Source: Lepidodermella squamata (taxonomy: Eukaryota; Animalia; Gastrotricha). From it: DNA of 64,000 nucleotides. A program made the translations under genes and the position numbers. Numbering within the stretch: the stretch's first letter is position 1; each line of letters starts with the position of its first letter. The notes beneath the pieces are model-generated. The model saw nothing but the letters and a program-made list of their open reading frames with translations. It was not told where the DNA came from and did no database searches. This document shows, in pieces, positions 49,501 through 64,000 of this stretch. Location of the stretch: NCBI GenBank assembly GCA_047495785.1, contig JBLDXI010000055.1, forward strand, positions 1,178,001 through 1,242,000, in the 5' to 3' direction.

Positions 49501-52500
49501 CCTGAATTCTCGTTGCAATCGCAAGAGAGAAAAGTTGGCTTGGTGACGGCTTTTGTCGCGTTTTCCGGAGAATTCGGTCCCGTATCACTACGCCGGCTTC
49601 TGCAATTATGCAGATGATCGATATCCAGAGTACCCGGCAAGCTAGGCAAACGACGGTATTCTCGGTAGATTTTCGCCGAGGGTAGATTCAGCACTTGCCG
49701 GCGAAGTTTGACGTAAACGCCTAGGGTTCCTTCGACTGGATCGAGTTCCCACTCGTCCGGGTACAGCGCACTGACAGATGAGTCGCCCATGGGCGCGGCA
49801 GGGTGTGCGAATCGACGCACCACTTCAATCAACTGCAGTCGAACTTTCATCGCCGGTTCCGACGAATTCGGCAGGGTGAGATTTTTCCGCTTCGAATGAT
49901 GTTGCTCTCGACCTGACCGATTCATATCCGATATTCTATCAGCTAGTGGTAGCAACGAGTCACAACAGCGCCGCAGCCGGATAAGTACAGCGTCTTCGGA
50001 CGCGAAAAGGCCGATACCACCAGTTGGAGAGACAATGCTACCAGCTGGATTTCGGGTAGTTTGAGGAGGCAGCTTGTTAATAACCTCACGAAGTCTCGAT
50101 CTTTGAGTCTGTAGGAGGAACGGGCCTTTCTCGGCATCGTAGGCCGCGAACTCAGCGGCTACGTACGCCCCAGCTGCCGCGTTTCGCCACTGTTTCGACG
50201 GAAGCGATAACGCAGTGCCCATCGTCATCCAACCGTGGACAAGTTCGGCAATGAACAACAGGTCGATGGCTTTCGTTGAGACAGCAGCGGCACAGGTGGC
50301 CATGAGGCAGCCGGCATCTGCGGCTATACCACGACCAGCTCCTGATGCGTCGATTTGACGCCCGACAAACACGAGTAACGCTTTGGCGAGGTCACCACTG
50401 CCCGGGGCACTAGGCCAGCGTCGGATGTGCGCAGCAACCAGCTCAACAAATCGAGCAACGACTCCACTTTGCTGGAAATAATTAAATTAGTCAGATATTC
50501 GAGTTTCTAGAGAAATAATAAAAACCTTTTGCATTAGAAGGGTGATAGAACGTTCGAACACGTGGGTGACATTGCGAGACTCGCTAGTGTCGTCCGACTC
50601 GTCATCGTCTTCATCTTCATCGTCCGAAACAGTGAATGAAACAGCCGTCGATGCAGAATAGGAAGATCGCGTCAAATGGCTATCTGGCCCGATGCCTGAG
50701 CCAGTTCTTGGGGCTTTTCGAACCAGATTCATAGCATGAGGCGCCTCCGATGAAGCCGTGACAAGTTCGCAAATATGCTCGAATTGCTTCAAGGCACCGC
50801 TCAGCCAGAAGTTTGGCACACCAAGTTCACTGAAAGCTGACGACATGGTCGCCGTCAACGAGAGAAAAGCTGGTTGGGAATCGATGGCACGTCCCGGTTT
50901 GTCGTCAGCGCTCGATATCTCACTTGTAGATGAGAACGAATTCGAAGCTAGGACAGCTAGCAAAAATGTCAAACAACAAGTTAGTGACAGCTCAATGTCA
51001 TGTTCAAAATGAAGCCGTTGAGACGAATTCGCAACTGCTTCCTCTGGGCCGTTGTCACCAACAGCGGACATGGTGTTAATAATCAAAAGCCACAACAGTT
51101 GAAGCTTCGCGCTCAATAGAGTCCAAATTCGAGCGATTCCATCGGAATCTGCGTTGCTAGACAACGCTAGAGGTCGAACGTAAGTGTAGGTCAAAAAGAA
51201 CTCGCTTGCGACCATTCGCAACAACGATCGACTCTCCGGGGTGTTTTTGAACGAAAACAAGCTACTGACAGCGAGTTCTACAGCGGGAACTGACCACCAT
51301 AAGCTGAGAATGGCCTTAGCGGGGCAAGCAGATTTCACAGCTTGTGACAAGGAACTGCATTTACAGCCGTAGCTTTTTGACGCATTCTTCGAAGCCATTG
51401 CTAAAGCCGACGCCCATTCTGGAATTTGCTCTAGCATAGCTACATTCCGGCACAACAGTTCGTAGTAGTAAGAACTGAGGGAGCTGAAAAGCTGGCTCTG
51501 ATGCGAATCACTGATACCATCGCTTAGGGAAATGGATGAGATTGGCTCAACGTCAATTCCAAGGGCTCGGCTTATTTGAAATGAAATCAGAACAGGGCCG
51601 CGTTCTTTTAGGAAAAAGTCAGAAGCAATACGACACTCGGCCGCTGAAAGCGATTGCCAAACTGTGTATAGAAGCCGACAAGAGAAGTCGACAGATGGCA
51701 CTAGTTCCTCGTTTCCACCACCGAGGAAGAACAGCAACGTCTCGGGACGAATGCATTTGAAGAGCCTTGCGTACGCGAGGTCAGGGTGTTTCCGTAATAT
51801 CGCATCCAGAACTTCGATGAGTCGAACCATAATTCCGGTGCCACGACGTCTGGGCTTGTAGGCTGAGGGCGTTGAAATCATTGTTTCTTCTGCAGCTATG
51901 TCGACGGATTTCGTCAATTTCTGCTGACTTTTTTCAGGCGATCGGACAATCGAAGCGTCGTCTTTAGCTTGCTTGTTGCTCTTGTCCAATAGGATGGGCG
52001 CTAGCGACGGCGCTGATGAATTTCTCCGTTCGCCACCATACGAACTTGGTCGGAATTCCGAGGTAGTATTTGCTGCTGAAAAACTCCCCCCGCCACTAGA
52101 TTGCGACAAACGAGTAGAAACAGGTCTTTTCCGGTAATTATACGGGTGAGAGAACAGAAATGACGGAAACAAGTCTGTTGGCGTGATATCGACTACGAAA
52201 GCCGATAGAGGGTGAAGGGCGACTAGAAAATCAGCAATAATGTCAACAGCACTTGGGTCGTTCATCGAGAGCAGATAATCGCCCAGCGCCGTAACAACGA
52301 CTTCGGAAATCTCTTGGTCGTTATTTGAAGATCGCAGAATCATGAAACATCGACAGGAAAATTCCATTCTCGAAAAAATAGTCCGATTAAAAGCTGCCGT
52401 AGATGAGACAACTGCGCTAGAATCAGAAGATGACAAGTTGTTAGCCGGTTGCTTTTGCGATGAATTTCCGAATGAAGAAACAAGCAGAGAGATGGTAGAG

Positions 52501-55500
52501 AACACCAACCGCCAACACGACAGATTAGGACAGGCGGATAAAAATTCAGCTTTCAGCAAAATATTCGACCATATCTCAGGAATTTGAACAACGACGCCTG
52601 CATCGCGAGTACTTGGCCGACCCTGGCGAACGTTGGATGGTGAAGAGAAAACTGTATCGATCGAATCGCTATTCGTGCTAACGATGTTCCGACTCAACGA
52701 TGCATTGATGAGGGTTGTTAACAAATTTTCATCAAGGAAGTCCTTGTCGCTAGGCATAATCTTCAGCATCAAGAGTTGAAACAGCATTTCGAAGCCTTGC
52801 ATTTCGTTGAACCGGGCATAAACATGGGGATGTTTAATCGCAACAAGTAAGGTCTCAATTCCTGATTGAAGGAGATATTTACAGGTCGGAACGTGAGTGA
52901 TACTTGCAAGCGAGGACAGCCAAGTGATAAGAAAATCAGGGCCTCCAACTTGGAGGGCACTGTTGTGGAAATTCGTGCATTCAACAATGCTGAGAAATCC
53001 GTCTTCAGGCGCCGAAATACTGCTGACAACTTTTTCCGATATTTCGAACGTTTCTGCTTTAGGAGGCTCGCGAACGAGACGCTGTTCCGCCGTTTCACTC
53101 GACTGAGCTTGAGGTTGTGTATCTTTGATTGTTAATTTCACAAATTCGGCAACAACCGAAGTATCACCACGAGACATATTCGGTCTCAGAATCAACGACA
53201 AAGTCTGAGAAACATTTGATAGAGAAACTTTTAGGGAAGGCAATTCAACTTACCGAAAAGAAATCAGGGACTTGTTTGAAATTTTTGACAAAAGCTCTTG
53301 GATTATCGTCGATAATTTTCGGCGTGACACACATTGATGGGAAACAGCTCCATTGAGTGAGCGAAGGCGCTGATTGCGATAGCCAAGCCGGCAATCTCGC
53401 GTAAACTTGAAGCAGTTCAACAGCTTCGAGCCACGCTGAAAATATAACACTTCCTCCGATCAGTATGCTATCTTCGGCAACGTGTTGTCCGATCTGAACT
53501 TGCGGCCTAGAAAACATTAGTTTATGAATCGTTAGTTTATGAAGCGAATTAAGGGAGAAACTAACTTCTCCTTGCGTTGTGCAGTTTCGGTGTTAGCGGA
53601 CTTATCGGTTGCCGCGTTGAGATCAGACCCACCAATCACTAAGATGGGCTGCGAGAAATGGGCCGCATTTTTGAAATCGCCCTCCTTGCGGGGCAAATCA
53701 TCAATGGGCCAGAATGCGCTGGCAGTTGAAACATGCTCACAATCCAAAATCGTCGTGACACTCACCGAATATTGGTCTTTATTCGATATCAATTCGTCGC
53801 GAATTTGAATAGCCACCATATGCCACCGTTGTTGAACGAATGGTAAATGAAGCTTACGACGGACATTGCGGCCGTTCAACGCAACATCGGCGTATGTTTC
53901 GTAGTTATTTTTACTTTTGCGAGCTATTTTAACGCTAACTGATAGCTCGTTACTGGCGATGTAACACAGCGAAATGGTTGCCGGTTCGTTCACCTCCGAT
54001 TGAGTCGAATCATCCTCAGGATTGGATTGCGGGCTTTCAAGTAGAAACCAAGAACATAGCGTTAAGCAGCACTTCCCAGGTTGCCATTTCAAGGGCAAAT
54101 GTGTTTGCAGTAAATTTTCTTGGTCAGAATTGGGCGATGAGCCGATTCGGAGGCAGAAGGGTGGCGCTCGAAAGTCAGACATTGCCGCCAATTTTGTCAG
54201 ACAGTGCGTCGCAGCTGAGACCAGGCTAACGCTCTCGCTAGTAGTCATTCGAAAAATGGAGCACAAATGGCGCGGGGTGACGTGTCTCGCACCGAAATTA
54301 GCCAGCAAGCAGAACAAAAGATGCTGGATTGTGTGCCAGTTGTGTTCGGCATTCAACAAAAAAGGATTGAGATCGCCGGCAAAAATCAAATCGAACACTT
54401 TTTCAATTGATTTGTTATCAAACGAGTCAACGCGAGCTTGCGTCACCATAGCAAGAACGGATTCTAAACAAGTGGTCAGCTCAGCCAATCGAGTTGGGCA
54501 TGAAGCGTCGATGCAATTGCGGCAATGTCGAATGAACCGGCATAGAATTTGAAGTAATTCCAAACCCAGGTAGAACCGAGGTCCGACGAAACAAACGGTG
54601 GGCGAACCATTCGCACTGCCGAAGGTATTTTCTCGATAGGCAGCGTCCGCTTCCTCGGCATCGCTCCCTTTCGCAATGCTATACTCTACATCCTCGTCTT
54701 CGTCAGCCTCGTAATCCGTATCTGCCGTGGAGACATCGTCTGAAAATGCGGCAGCATCTGAACCTCCGATTAGCATTTGCAGCTCGCCAACTGGAGATGT
54801 AAACGTTTCATTATCCTCCCCATACTCTTCGCCATTTTCATCACCCGCGACGCTATTGTGAGCAACACCAGGAATAGAACTGCCTTTATAGTCTCGAATG
54901 ATGCACCAGTGTTGAATTTCAGGTGCTCTGGGAGTTAGCAAGGCGCAGAATGAGTCAAACGATGATCGAAAAAGTGCGTAAAACTCGTGATGAGGCGTGA
55001 AGAATCGATCAAGTAACTGCAAATTAGTCACCGTAGACAGCGATTTTAGCTTGAAAACTGATCCCAAGACGTAGACAAACAACTGAACAAATTCCTTCGA
55101 AAACGTCACCGGCTTTCGCTTTGTTATATAATGCTCGAAAGCTGCCAGTAAGTTTACGAAACCTTCAGTTGATTGCTGACTGACAAATGTCGATGTAAAG
55201 TAAGGACTTTCATCCAACATAAAAAAGCAGTGAGAAATCACTTGCAAATCATGACAGGAGACCGCGATTTCAGCGTTCTCATCAGATGAATACAACGCAT
55301 TAGCTAGGCGTTTAGTCGCTGAATAAAAGGCTGGTAGGAATGTCGAAACGGCAACTTTTTTCACTACAATGAGCTGCGATAAAGCTTCAGCACTCAACGT
55401 AGAAATCCCATGAGTAGGACAGCGAACCAAAATTCGAATCAAGCTTATGATATAACAGAATCCATTTCCTGCTTCAAATAATCGGCTGAGGTAACTCAAA

Positions 55501-57429
55501 CGAGACGAAGACGCGAAGTCGGCAAAATAGCTCATGTCTTTGTCGCCTAGAAAATCCTCCAAAATACGGAGAACTACAGGCAGAGCTTTTCTCGAAATGA
55601 AGAAATCAGTTTGGGCGAAGCAGGCTGTTAAAATCCAATCGAACAAGGGTCCGACGAGATGGCGGAACAGAAATCGCCTAGCTTGAGATGATGAACTAAA
55701 CGCTGATGTTGACGTCAGGGTTAAAATATTCCTGGCGATCAGGAAACATGTTTCATCATTGTTATTCGTGGTTTCGGACGTACTTGGCGGAAATTTGTTC
55801 AAATTGACCTTCGAGTTGAAAATACTTAACGGCATCGACACATACTCAGCTAGAACTTCGTTCCGAGTTGAATCTCTGACGAAATAAAATGGACATGAAT
55901 GGCGTTGACCTTGAATGACGGATTCTGATCTCGGGTAATAATCGAGAAATACACGGATACAAACGCTCACGGCTAAAATGCTAGACTGGTCTCTCGTCGA
56001 AGCCGCTTTCAACAGAGGTCCAATTATATCTGAACCCTTCGAAAAGCAGCAACAGCATAAGCCAGAGCGAACTAATTCCGTCAATAATAAGTCAATAGCA
56101 GCAGGCGTCGACGGCAAATCTACGTTCGCATCCTTGTTGCCAGCATTGGTTGACTTGATGATATCAAGTGACAATTCTAACGCAAGTTTTATCGAGCAAA
56201 ATTCGTCAGAATTCGTACAGCAGTGCGGACCGCACGCTGATGCCATCGATTGGGTATTGCTGTTAGACCGTGTCGATTTTGCACCGGCAATTGCGGCTTT
56301 CACTCGCTGATAGCGAACAGATTGGATGAAAATCGAAATAAAACGCAACAATAAAGCGCACACGTCGTGATTCAACGCAGCTTGTGTCGTGGATGAAATT
56401 TTCGATCCACCGACGAAATTCTTCAAAAACGTCAGCATTTTGTTCACATTCTGAATGGCGTAGAAGCTTGTAGTCGATGCAACGGCATTGCTCGTGTTGA
56501 ACGTGAAGGTTAAAAACGTCGTTGTTGTTAGAAAGAAGTCAAAAACCAGTTTCGGGTGCGAAAACAACGCCGATTTGGTCAAATCATCGAGAATAGAAAG
56601 CCATCGAAGCATTGGAATCCGTAAATCTGATGATGAATCGTAAAATGGCATCGAAAACAAACAAGTCGCCATTACTAGCAATAAGGGATATACAACTAGC
56701 GTCTGCTCTGTATTCGATGTTGCAATAGTCTCGAATAATTCCGCCGAAGTGACAAATAGTGATGATAGCGAAGCGTAGCCGAATCCAGGAATACTTTTGC
56801 TTTCAGCACCATCTAATGCCGATGCTATTATTATTTCAAAAAGCCGACTGGCAGCAGTTAAACTTCGCAATCCTTTATGGCCTTTTGAATTTATGTGATC
56901 CAGATTAGAAGAAAACAAATTAAGATTTTGCCGTAACATCGTAATAACTGGCTGGATTGGAGAATCAAAGTCTGCTTTACTCATCAACAGTCGCCGGCCG
57001 CTCATCTGTCGACTGGCTTGCCGATGGTAGCGGAAGCGTTTTCTCGAGGTATTTACATTGCTAGCTGCCGCAACATTTAATGAAGATGAAATCGACTGAG
57101 CAATATTCACCCATGGCAATAGCACTTCAGCTTGATAATCTGAATGAAAAGGGCATTGCGATCAAAATTACAGAAGATGCAAAACTAAACCGACCTGAAA
57201 AATCATAACAACATACTGATGAATATATCTGCTTGGAAATCTCCGTGAATACCAAAGTTAGTGTTGACGTGTCTACCAACGCGTCCTTTTTTGTGAACGA
57301 TATTTGCTTGAGAAGATCGGCGTGTTTATGAACAGTGTCAACTAAACCATCGATGCTGATTATTCCAACAGTTCTCGTGTCTATTTCTTTTAAAAATTGG
57401 CGCAACTGAGATGCAACCAAATGGTCCAT
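46548..57429 (-). CDS. LYST: Lysosomal trafficking regulator (ARM-like, ConA-like, PH-BEACH, WD40); 8 exons
   Basis: WELDPVEG, PH segment RRYLLKENALEVFL and BEACH W..GQLTNFEYL..LN..GGRS.NELMQYPVFPWVL. LYST-type motifs YSNSG...HYLVRIPPFT...YQD.NFDIPDRTF and IRTYGQVPRQLF; WD40 tail. The ORFs are joined by short GT-AG introns. Confidence 0.88.
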
Positions 57430-57781
57430 GGTATGAACATAAGTCTAGAGCAAAAACACACATTTCCATGATTGACAGAATTTACTCCCAGTAGAAAATT
57501 GATGTAGTAGATCCCACATCAAGCAAATAGATACCAAAACTTTTCCGGGATTGGTCAATTTTCACAACGATTAATCTTGTGACAGCATTATTCAATGATT
57601 ACAAAGTATGCGTGAATGCTATTTGTTTGAAACAATGCGAGCGTATAAATAACCGATATTTCATTCGCGGTTACAAAATTTAGTAAATCATCAAGTAGAC
57701 TATCGATGTTGGACAAAGCAATTTCCGCGATGTAGCAGTCTGACAAACTGTATAATTAACATTAGAAATAAAAACGTCTGA

Positions 57782-58483
<702 letters not shown>

Positions 58484-59935
58484 CTTTCAATTAGGAAATG
58501 AACACCACCTATGATCGTAATTATTCTAGGAGTACTGAAAACATTATATTAATTAGTAATGATGGCTGCGCTCATTTCAAGAGTGCAGGACTTGAGCACG
58601 CGAAAATTCATCGATTCTCGATGTAAACCGTGTTCTTACGACTATCCTAAAGTGAAAGCAACTGCTCCAATGGAAAATACACATCATAATGCAAACAGCA
58701 ATCAATTGGCAAAACTGAGACAATGATGATCATTCGAGTTAACATCAAAAGTTGGTCCATTAATATTCAGGTATAAAATATGTACGATAGAATTTTTTCC
58801 GTAAAGGCCCCATTGGTAATGGAAAAGAATAAGACCAGTAGAAACTCTAAAGCCTGAAGAAACACGAGAAGGACTACTCTAGTTTTTTCAGAGAACATGT
58901 TGGTCACCGAACGGCTGATCTAAGCGGTCAAGTAGCAAAAACCAATGCAAATGACACTGTCGGCCAAAGCCGGCCGGTTTATACAAGACGACCTGAGACC
59001 CGACCCAGCTTATTCATGTGTAAACATGAATATAATTTAAATATTTAATTAAAATTGGTGTAGCCGAGATTTCACAGTCGCCGCCGATGAGGCGAATACT
59101 AAGAGAGATTTAGAATAGTAACTTTGTTCTAACAGAAACTCTCATGCAATAACGAACTAGTACGAGGCTGCGTAAGGCGTAAGGTAGGCGGTAGGGGAGT
59201 GTAGCACAGGAAGGTTGGAAGAAAAGCTAAGAAGGTGGGTATACTGATTAATCAACGCAAACACCTGCGGCAAATTCCCGCGCAATAATTTCAATAATTA
59301 CAACTTTGCACTTAAACATTTCATTGAATGCTTTCATGATGTTAATACATAGTTGTGTGAAAAACTTTAGCTGTCACGTGGTGATCTTCGGTCACATGGG
59401 TGATCCAGATTTCACATTTGATGACGTTCCATGTCGGTCATCACCTTCCAAGTTCATAATCTTAAGCAACACTGTCGTCAGATTTCAAATAAAACCGTTT
59501 TAAAATATTTCAATGACTATAAAAGTCGGATAATCCCGTTAATCAAAGCTAAAACTTGGAAATTCGAAGAATTCCCACAGCATTTAGCAAATAGTTGACG
59601 TACTTCATTTCATTGACCCCTCAGTTAAAACTACCCAACTGAAACAAGGAAGCTCGCTTCTCAATTATAAATTAGCTGTTGCGGACATTCATTCAATATA
59701 TAGTTATTGCCTTGCATCAAATATTTCCTTTCGGCTGATCGGTGTCTAACAGGAGAAAAAATGGCTTGGACAAGTTACAAACGAACTGTTGCATCGCAGT
59801 AGACAAGCCATTAGACAAGCGAGCTATTTCACATGCCACTTGAAACATGTAGCGGTTGATATATTTAGTTAACGGCTCTTATATCTGAATATTTCTAATT
59901 GTTATCTGTTTCTCTGATAGTTGACTGTTAAGCAA

Positions 59936-62900
59936 ATGAGTGATCCGGCGAAAAATGGAACAGCTTTGGCTGCCGATGCCGAGTTGGATCCTGTAAAGCT
60001 GGCTAAAAAACAGAAAAAGGAAGCCGAGAAAGCCGAGAAAATGGCAAAATTTCAAGAAAAACAAAGTAAAAAAGCCCAGGCTCCAGCCCAGGAAACTAAG
60101 AACGTACGTTGGAGTTTCTAAGTGAAAGTTAGTATACTTATGCAGAAATGTTTTGCCTTTAGGATAAGAAAAAGCCTGAGAAAGAGGAAAAATCTGCCAC
60201 CAAAGTTACTTACACCAAGGAAACTAACCCTGGGGAGAAAAAAGATATTTCTGGGCCGATTCCTGATTCCTACTCGCCTGAGTATGTGGAGGCTGCATGG
60301 TACGAATGGTGGGTCAAGAGTGGATTTTTTAAGCCGGAATACAAGGTTTGTATTGATCACTAGTTTTGCATCACCTAGTCAACTCTGATTTCAGTCACCT
60401 GATATTCTTGCTCCGAATCCCAAAGGAAAATTCGTTATCGTCATCCCTCCTCCAAACGTCACCGGCACTCTACATATTGGTCATGCTCTGACCAACTCGA
60501 TTCAAGATTCTCTTGTCCGATGGCATAGGATGAGGGGCGCAACTACTCTATTTGTTCCTGGCAGTGACCATGCAGGAATAGCCACTCAGGCATGACCAAT
60601 ATACTTTTTGTAATTCATGCCTAAATATGATACTCGCGAAGGTTGTGGTCGAAAAGCAGCTGATGCGGGAGCAGAACAAGACGCGTCATGATTTTGGGCG
60701 TGATGAATTTATTAAGCAGGTTTGGAAGTGGAAAGAGCTGTATGTTTAATTGTTCGAATGCCATCATCTTTATCGTTAACCTTGTGTTATAGGAAAGGAA
60801 ATCGTATTTACGAGCAGTTGCACAAATTAGGTGGCTCTTATGACTGGGATCGTGTGTGTTTCACAATGGATCCCCATATGTGCAAGGCTGTAACTGAAGC
60901 TTTCGTTCGTCTCCATGACGAGGGTATTATTTACCGTAGCACGCGTCTGGTCAACTGGTCGTGCACTTTGCGGTCAGCGATATCTGACATTGAAGTCGAG
61001 AAACGTGAGTTGACGGGACGCACGCTCCTCAAGGTTCCTGGGTATTCCGAGCCGGTTGAATTCGGTCTTTTGACTGAATTCGCCTATCGAATTGTCGATA
61101 AAGACGGAAAGGAAACAGGTGAAGAAATTGTTGTCGCAACCACTCGTATTGAAACAATGCTTGGTGACACGGGTGTTGCTGTGCACCCCGAGGATGAACG
61201 CTACCGCCATCTTGCTGGCCTATTTGTTCAGCATCCATTCCAAGATCGTCGCCTCCCTATTATATTCGATTCTTTCGTGGATAAATCATTTGGTACTGGA
61301 GCTGTTAAAGTCACTCCAGCTCACGATCACACCGATTACGAAGTTGGAAAGCGCCATAATTTGCCATTCATGGTTATTTTCGATGAACAAGGATTTGTCA
61401 CGCAAGATGTCGGAGCCCCATTTGGCGGAATGAAGCGTTTCGATGCTCGTAAAGCCGTCTATAATGCGTTGAAAGAGCGAGGATTTATTCGTGGCCAGCG
61501 TGACAACCAAATGGTCGTGCCCATTTGCTCACGTTCGAAAGACATCATTGAACCGTTGATGAAGCCTCAATGGTACGTCAGGTGCAAGGAAATGGCAGAG
61601 AATGCCGTTAATGCTGTGCGAAACGGAGATTTGCGAATCATTCCCAACCGGTTTGAGAATACTTGGTACCGTTGGCTTGAGCAGTGCACCGATTGGTGCA
61701 TTTCTCGCCAGCTATGGTGGGGTCATCGCGTTCCTGCCTACGCTGTCCGCATTGAAGGTCAACCACCATGTTTGGACGATTCTGATGGTCATTATTGGGT
61801 TTCTGGTAGAACTGAAGAGGAAGCTCGCGCGAAAGCTGCTGCTCGTTTCAACGTTCCCGAGAGCAAAATTACATTGCGCCATGATGAAGATGTGTTGGAC
61901 ACATGGTTTTCTTCTGGGCTCTTCCCATTCTCAGTCTCGCACTGGCCCGATAATACCCCTGATCTCCAAGCTTTCTACCCAACCACGCTTTTGGAAACTG
62001 GACATGATATTTTGTTCTTCTGGGTGGCGCGCATGGTTTTCTTTGGCCAGAAATTCATGGGCAAATTGCCGTTCCGCGACGTCTTTCTTCACCCTATTGT
62101 TCGCGATCCTTTCGGTCGAAAGATGTCGAAGTCCTTGGGAAACGTCGTCGACCCTATGGACGTTGTGCACGGAATAACTCTTGAAGCTCTCAACGAACAG
62201 CTCATGACGTCTAATTTGGATCCGGCTGAAGTTGAAAAGGCGAAAGACGGTCAAAAGCAGATGTATCCGAATGGCATTCCTGAATGCGGCGCTGACGCAT
62301 TGCGCTTCACCCTGTTGGCCTACATCAACCAGGGTCAAGACTTGAACCTCGACGTGCTTCGTATCCAAGGCTATCGTTTCTTCTGCAATAAGTTATGGAA
62401 CGCTTTCAAATTCACGATGAACGTGCTGGGCGCTGATTTCAAACCGAAAGAAGATTTCTTGAAAAATGTCGATCGTTCTAAGTTAAAGCCGATTGATTCT
62501 TGGATCCTGAGCCGTCTTGCCACTGCTACCCGATTGGCAAATGAAGGTTTCGCTGCCTATGAATTTGCTACCGTGACAACGGCTATTTACAACTTCTGGT
62601 GGTACGAACTCTGCGACGTGTATCTTGAGTCAATCAAGCCGGTTGTTTATGACAAAGAAAACACTGATCAAGCTGACATTGCTCGCCAGGTGTTGTATTC
62701 CTGCGTTCATGCCGGTCTCCGTCTCCTACACCCGACTATGCCATTTATTAGCGAGGAGTTGTTTCAACGCTTGCCGAAGCTGGCGAACGATGCTAAGAGT
62801 ATTTGCATTGCAGACTACCCCGAGACCGAATTCGCTCATTTCTTCGACGCGGACCTCGAAAAATCGGTGACAATCATGCAAGAAGTTGTTGCTCGCATTC

Positions 62901-63337
62901 GCCAAATGCGTACTGATTATAACTTGGCTCGTTCGGCTAAACCCATCGTCTACGTCCGAAGCACTGACCCAGACTACTCGGCTCGTTTGACTAAAATGAT
63001 TCCCTACGTGCAAACCCTGGGTGGCTGTGGCGATGTTTTAGTGAATGGCTCTGAACCGACAGACGGCTGTGCCCTGGGTCCAATTTCTTCTACGTGCCAG
63101 GTGTTCATGATGTTGCGTGGCGTGATCGATGCCGAGAGAGAATTAGCTCGGTTGAACAAACGCTTGGGAGAACTTAAAATCGTCTGCAAAAAGCTGGACG
63201 AAGAAGCGCAATCGGAAAATTACCACAAGTTGCCTGAAAGTGTCCGAGAGTCTAAGGCGGAGAAGCTGCAACAGAGCAAGACTGAAATGGCTAATCTGGA
63301 AACGGCTGTTACCGGCGTGCAAGCCATGATGAATTAA
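59936..63337 (+). CDS. VARS1: Valyl-tRNA synthetase (cytosolic type); 5 coding exons
   Basis: [16 protein letters not shown] (HIGH), [42 protein letters not shown] and a C-terminal coiled coil. Confidence 0.97.
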
Positions 63338-63540
63338 CTGAATATCAAATCTTATCAAATATTTTCCGCTGATAAGGCATGCTGAAGGTGTTTTGAGAAC
63401 GGTGATCAATAGAAACATAACATTATTATTACGTTGTGGATTTGGGATTGAAAGCAAAAAGCTTTAAAATGATTTTCCGTCTTTTAATCGTAGATTTGAT
63501 TAAATAAACGCATGAAAATTTGAGTTTTTGTGGTTTGAAT

Positions 63541-64000
63541 ATGGCAAAGCTCGAGCTCAAAGACACCGATGTTATTGAAAGCTCCATGGCTCAGCTGGTT
63601 GCTGTCGCTCGGGGCGAAACACCTCGGCTCGTAGACGACGCATGGCGCGCCGAAGTTAAGCAGGTCATCTCCAATAACTGGTCGAATCGTCCCTTGCAAA
63701 CGCAGCATCTTTTCCTCGAATGGATCGTTGACATCTCAACAACGCCGCATTTTCGAACGGTCATGGAGGGCCTCTTCGCCGCCTACTGTCGCTCTTTCGC
63801 CCTAACATCTGAGGAAGAGAAGACTTCGATGGCTGGACAAAGCGACTTCCTTTTCACGGCAATGCGCGAACTGTGTCGCCGAGTACTTGTTTCGATGCAA
63901 GCGCTGCCTAGCGTGGTCTTACAGAACCAGCCTATACTGCGTCGACATGCTCTGCAACACAGCGCCTACTGTCAAGCTACCTTAAATATGAGCGTTTTCG
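63541..64000 (+). CDS. RRN3: RNA polymerase I initiation factor RRN3/TIF-IA, 5' partial (not in the ORF track)
   Basis: Open frame from ATG 63541 to the window end. VKQVISNNWSNRP...FLEWIVDIST...AMRELCRRV...LPSVVLQNQPILRR...AYCQATLNMSVF follows the pattern of the RRN3 N-terminal helical repeats. Confidence 0.6.
   Translation, partial: MAKLELKDTDVIESSMAQLVAVARGETPRLVDDAWRAEVKQVISNNWSNRPLQTQHLFLEWIVDISTTPHFRTVMEGLFAAYCRSFALTSEEEKTSMAGQSDFLFTAMRELCRRVLVSMQALPSVVLQNQPILRRHALQHSAYCQATLNMSVF

Noticed and set aside
59753-59848. Upstream exon that might add a mitochondrial presequence to ValRS
   Set aside because: The frame continuous with ValRS has no ATG, and the ATG at 59761 stops after 13 codons. 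Dual targeting is unsupported.

Overview
Eukaryotic, animal-type genomic DNA from a very compact, gene-dense genome. About 21 protein-coding genes occupy 64 kb. I found no recognisable transposons, rRNA, tRNA or CRISPR arrays. In order, the genes are two TMEM79-like MAPEG paralogs, an SLC7 cationic amino-acid transporter, LMAN1, MAPKAP1/SIN1, SMPD2, NUP88, TPC2, ARHGAP1/8, MICAL, MICOS13, a tiny two-repeat cadherin (absent as such from the ORF track), a divergent non-alpha Cys-loop channel, a nodulin-like/MCH1 MFS transporter, a plant/fungal-type ADP/ATP carrier, Red/IK, LEO1, LYST, SFT2, ValRS and the 5' part of RRN3. Gene models were spliced by hand. Of roughly 100 introns, nearly all are about 45-75 nt, many of them 52-54 nt. 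The most interesting signals concern RNA processing. (1) Nearly every ATG is closely preceded by a 3' splice acceptor, and genes lie in tight co-directional clusters radiating from divergent promoters; AATAAA occurs at cluster ends but is mostly missing inside them. This suggests operons with spliced-leader trans-splicing. (2) All five introns longer than 100 nt are packed with stem-loops, which in several cases would fold them back towards the minimal intron length. (3) There are micro-exons down to 8 nt and several GC-AG introns. The species cannot be named from the sequence alone, and homology calls come from recognising motifs by eye, not from database searches.
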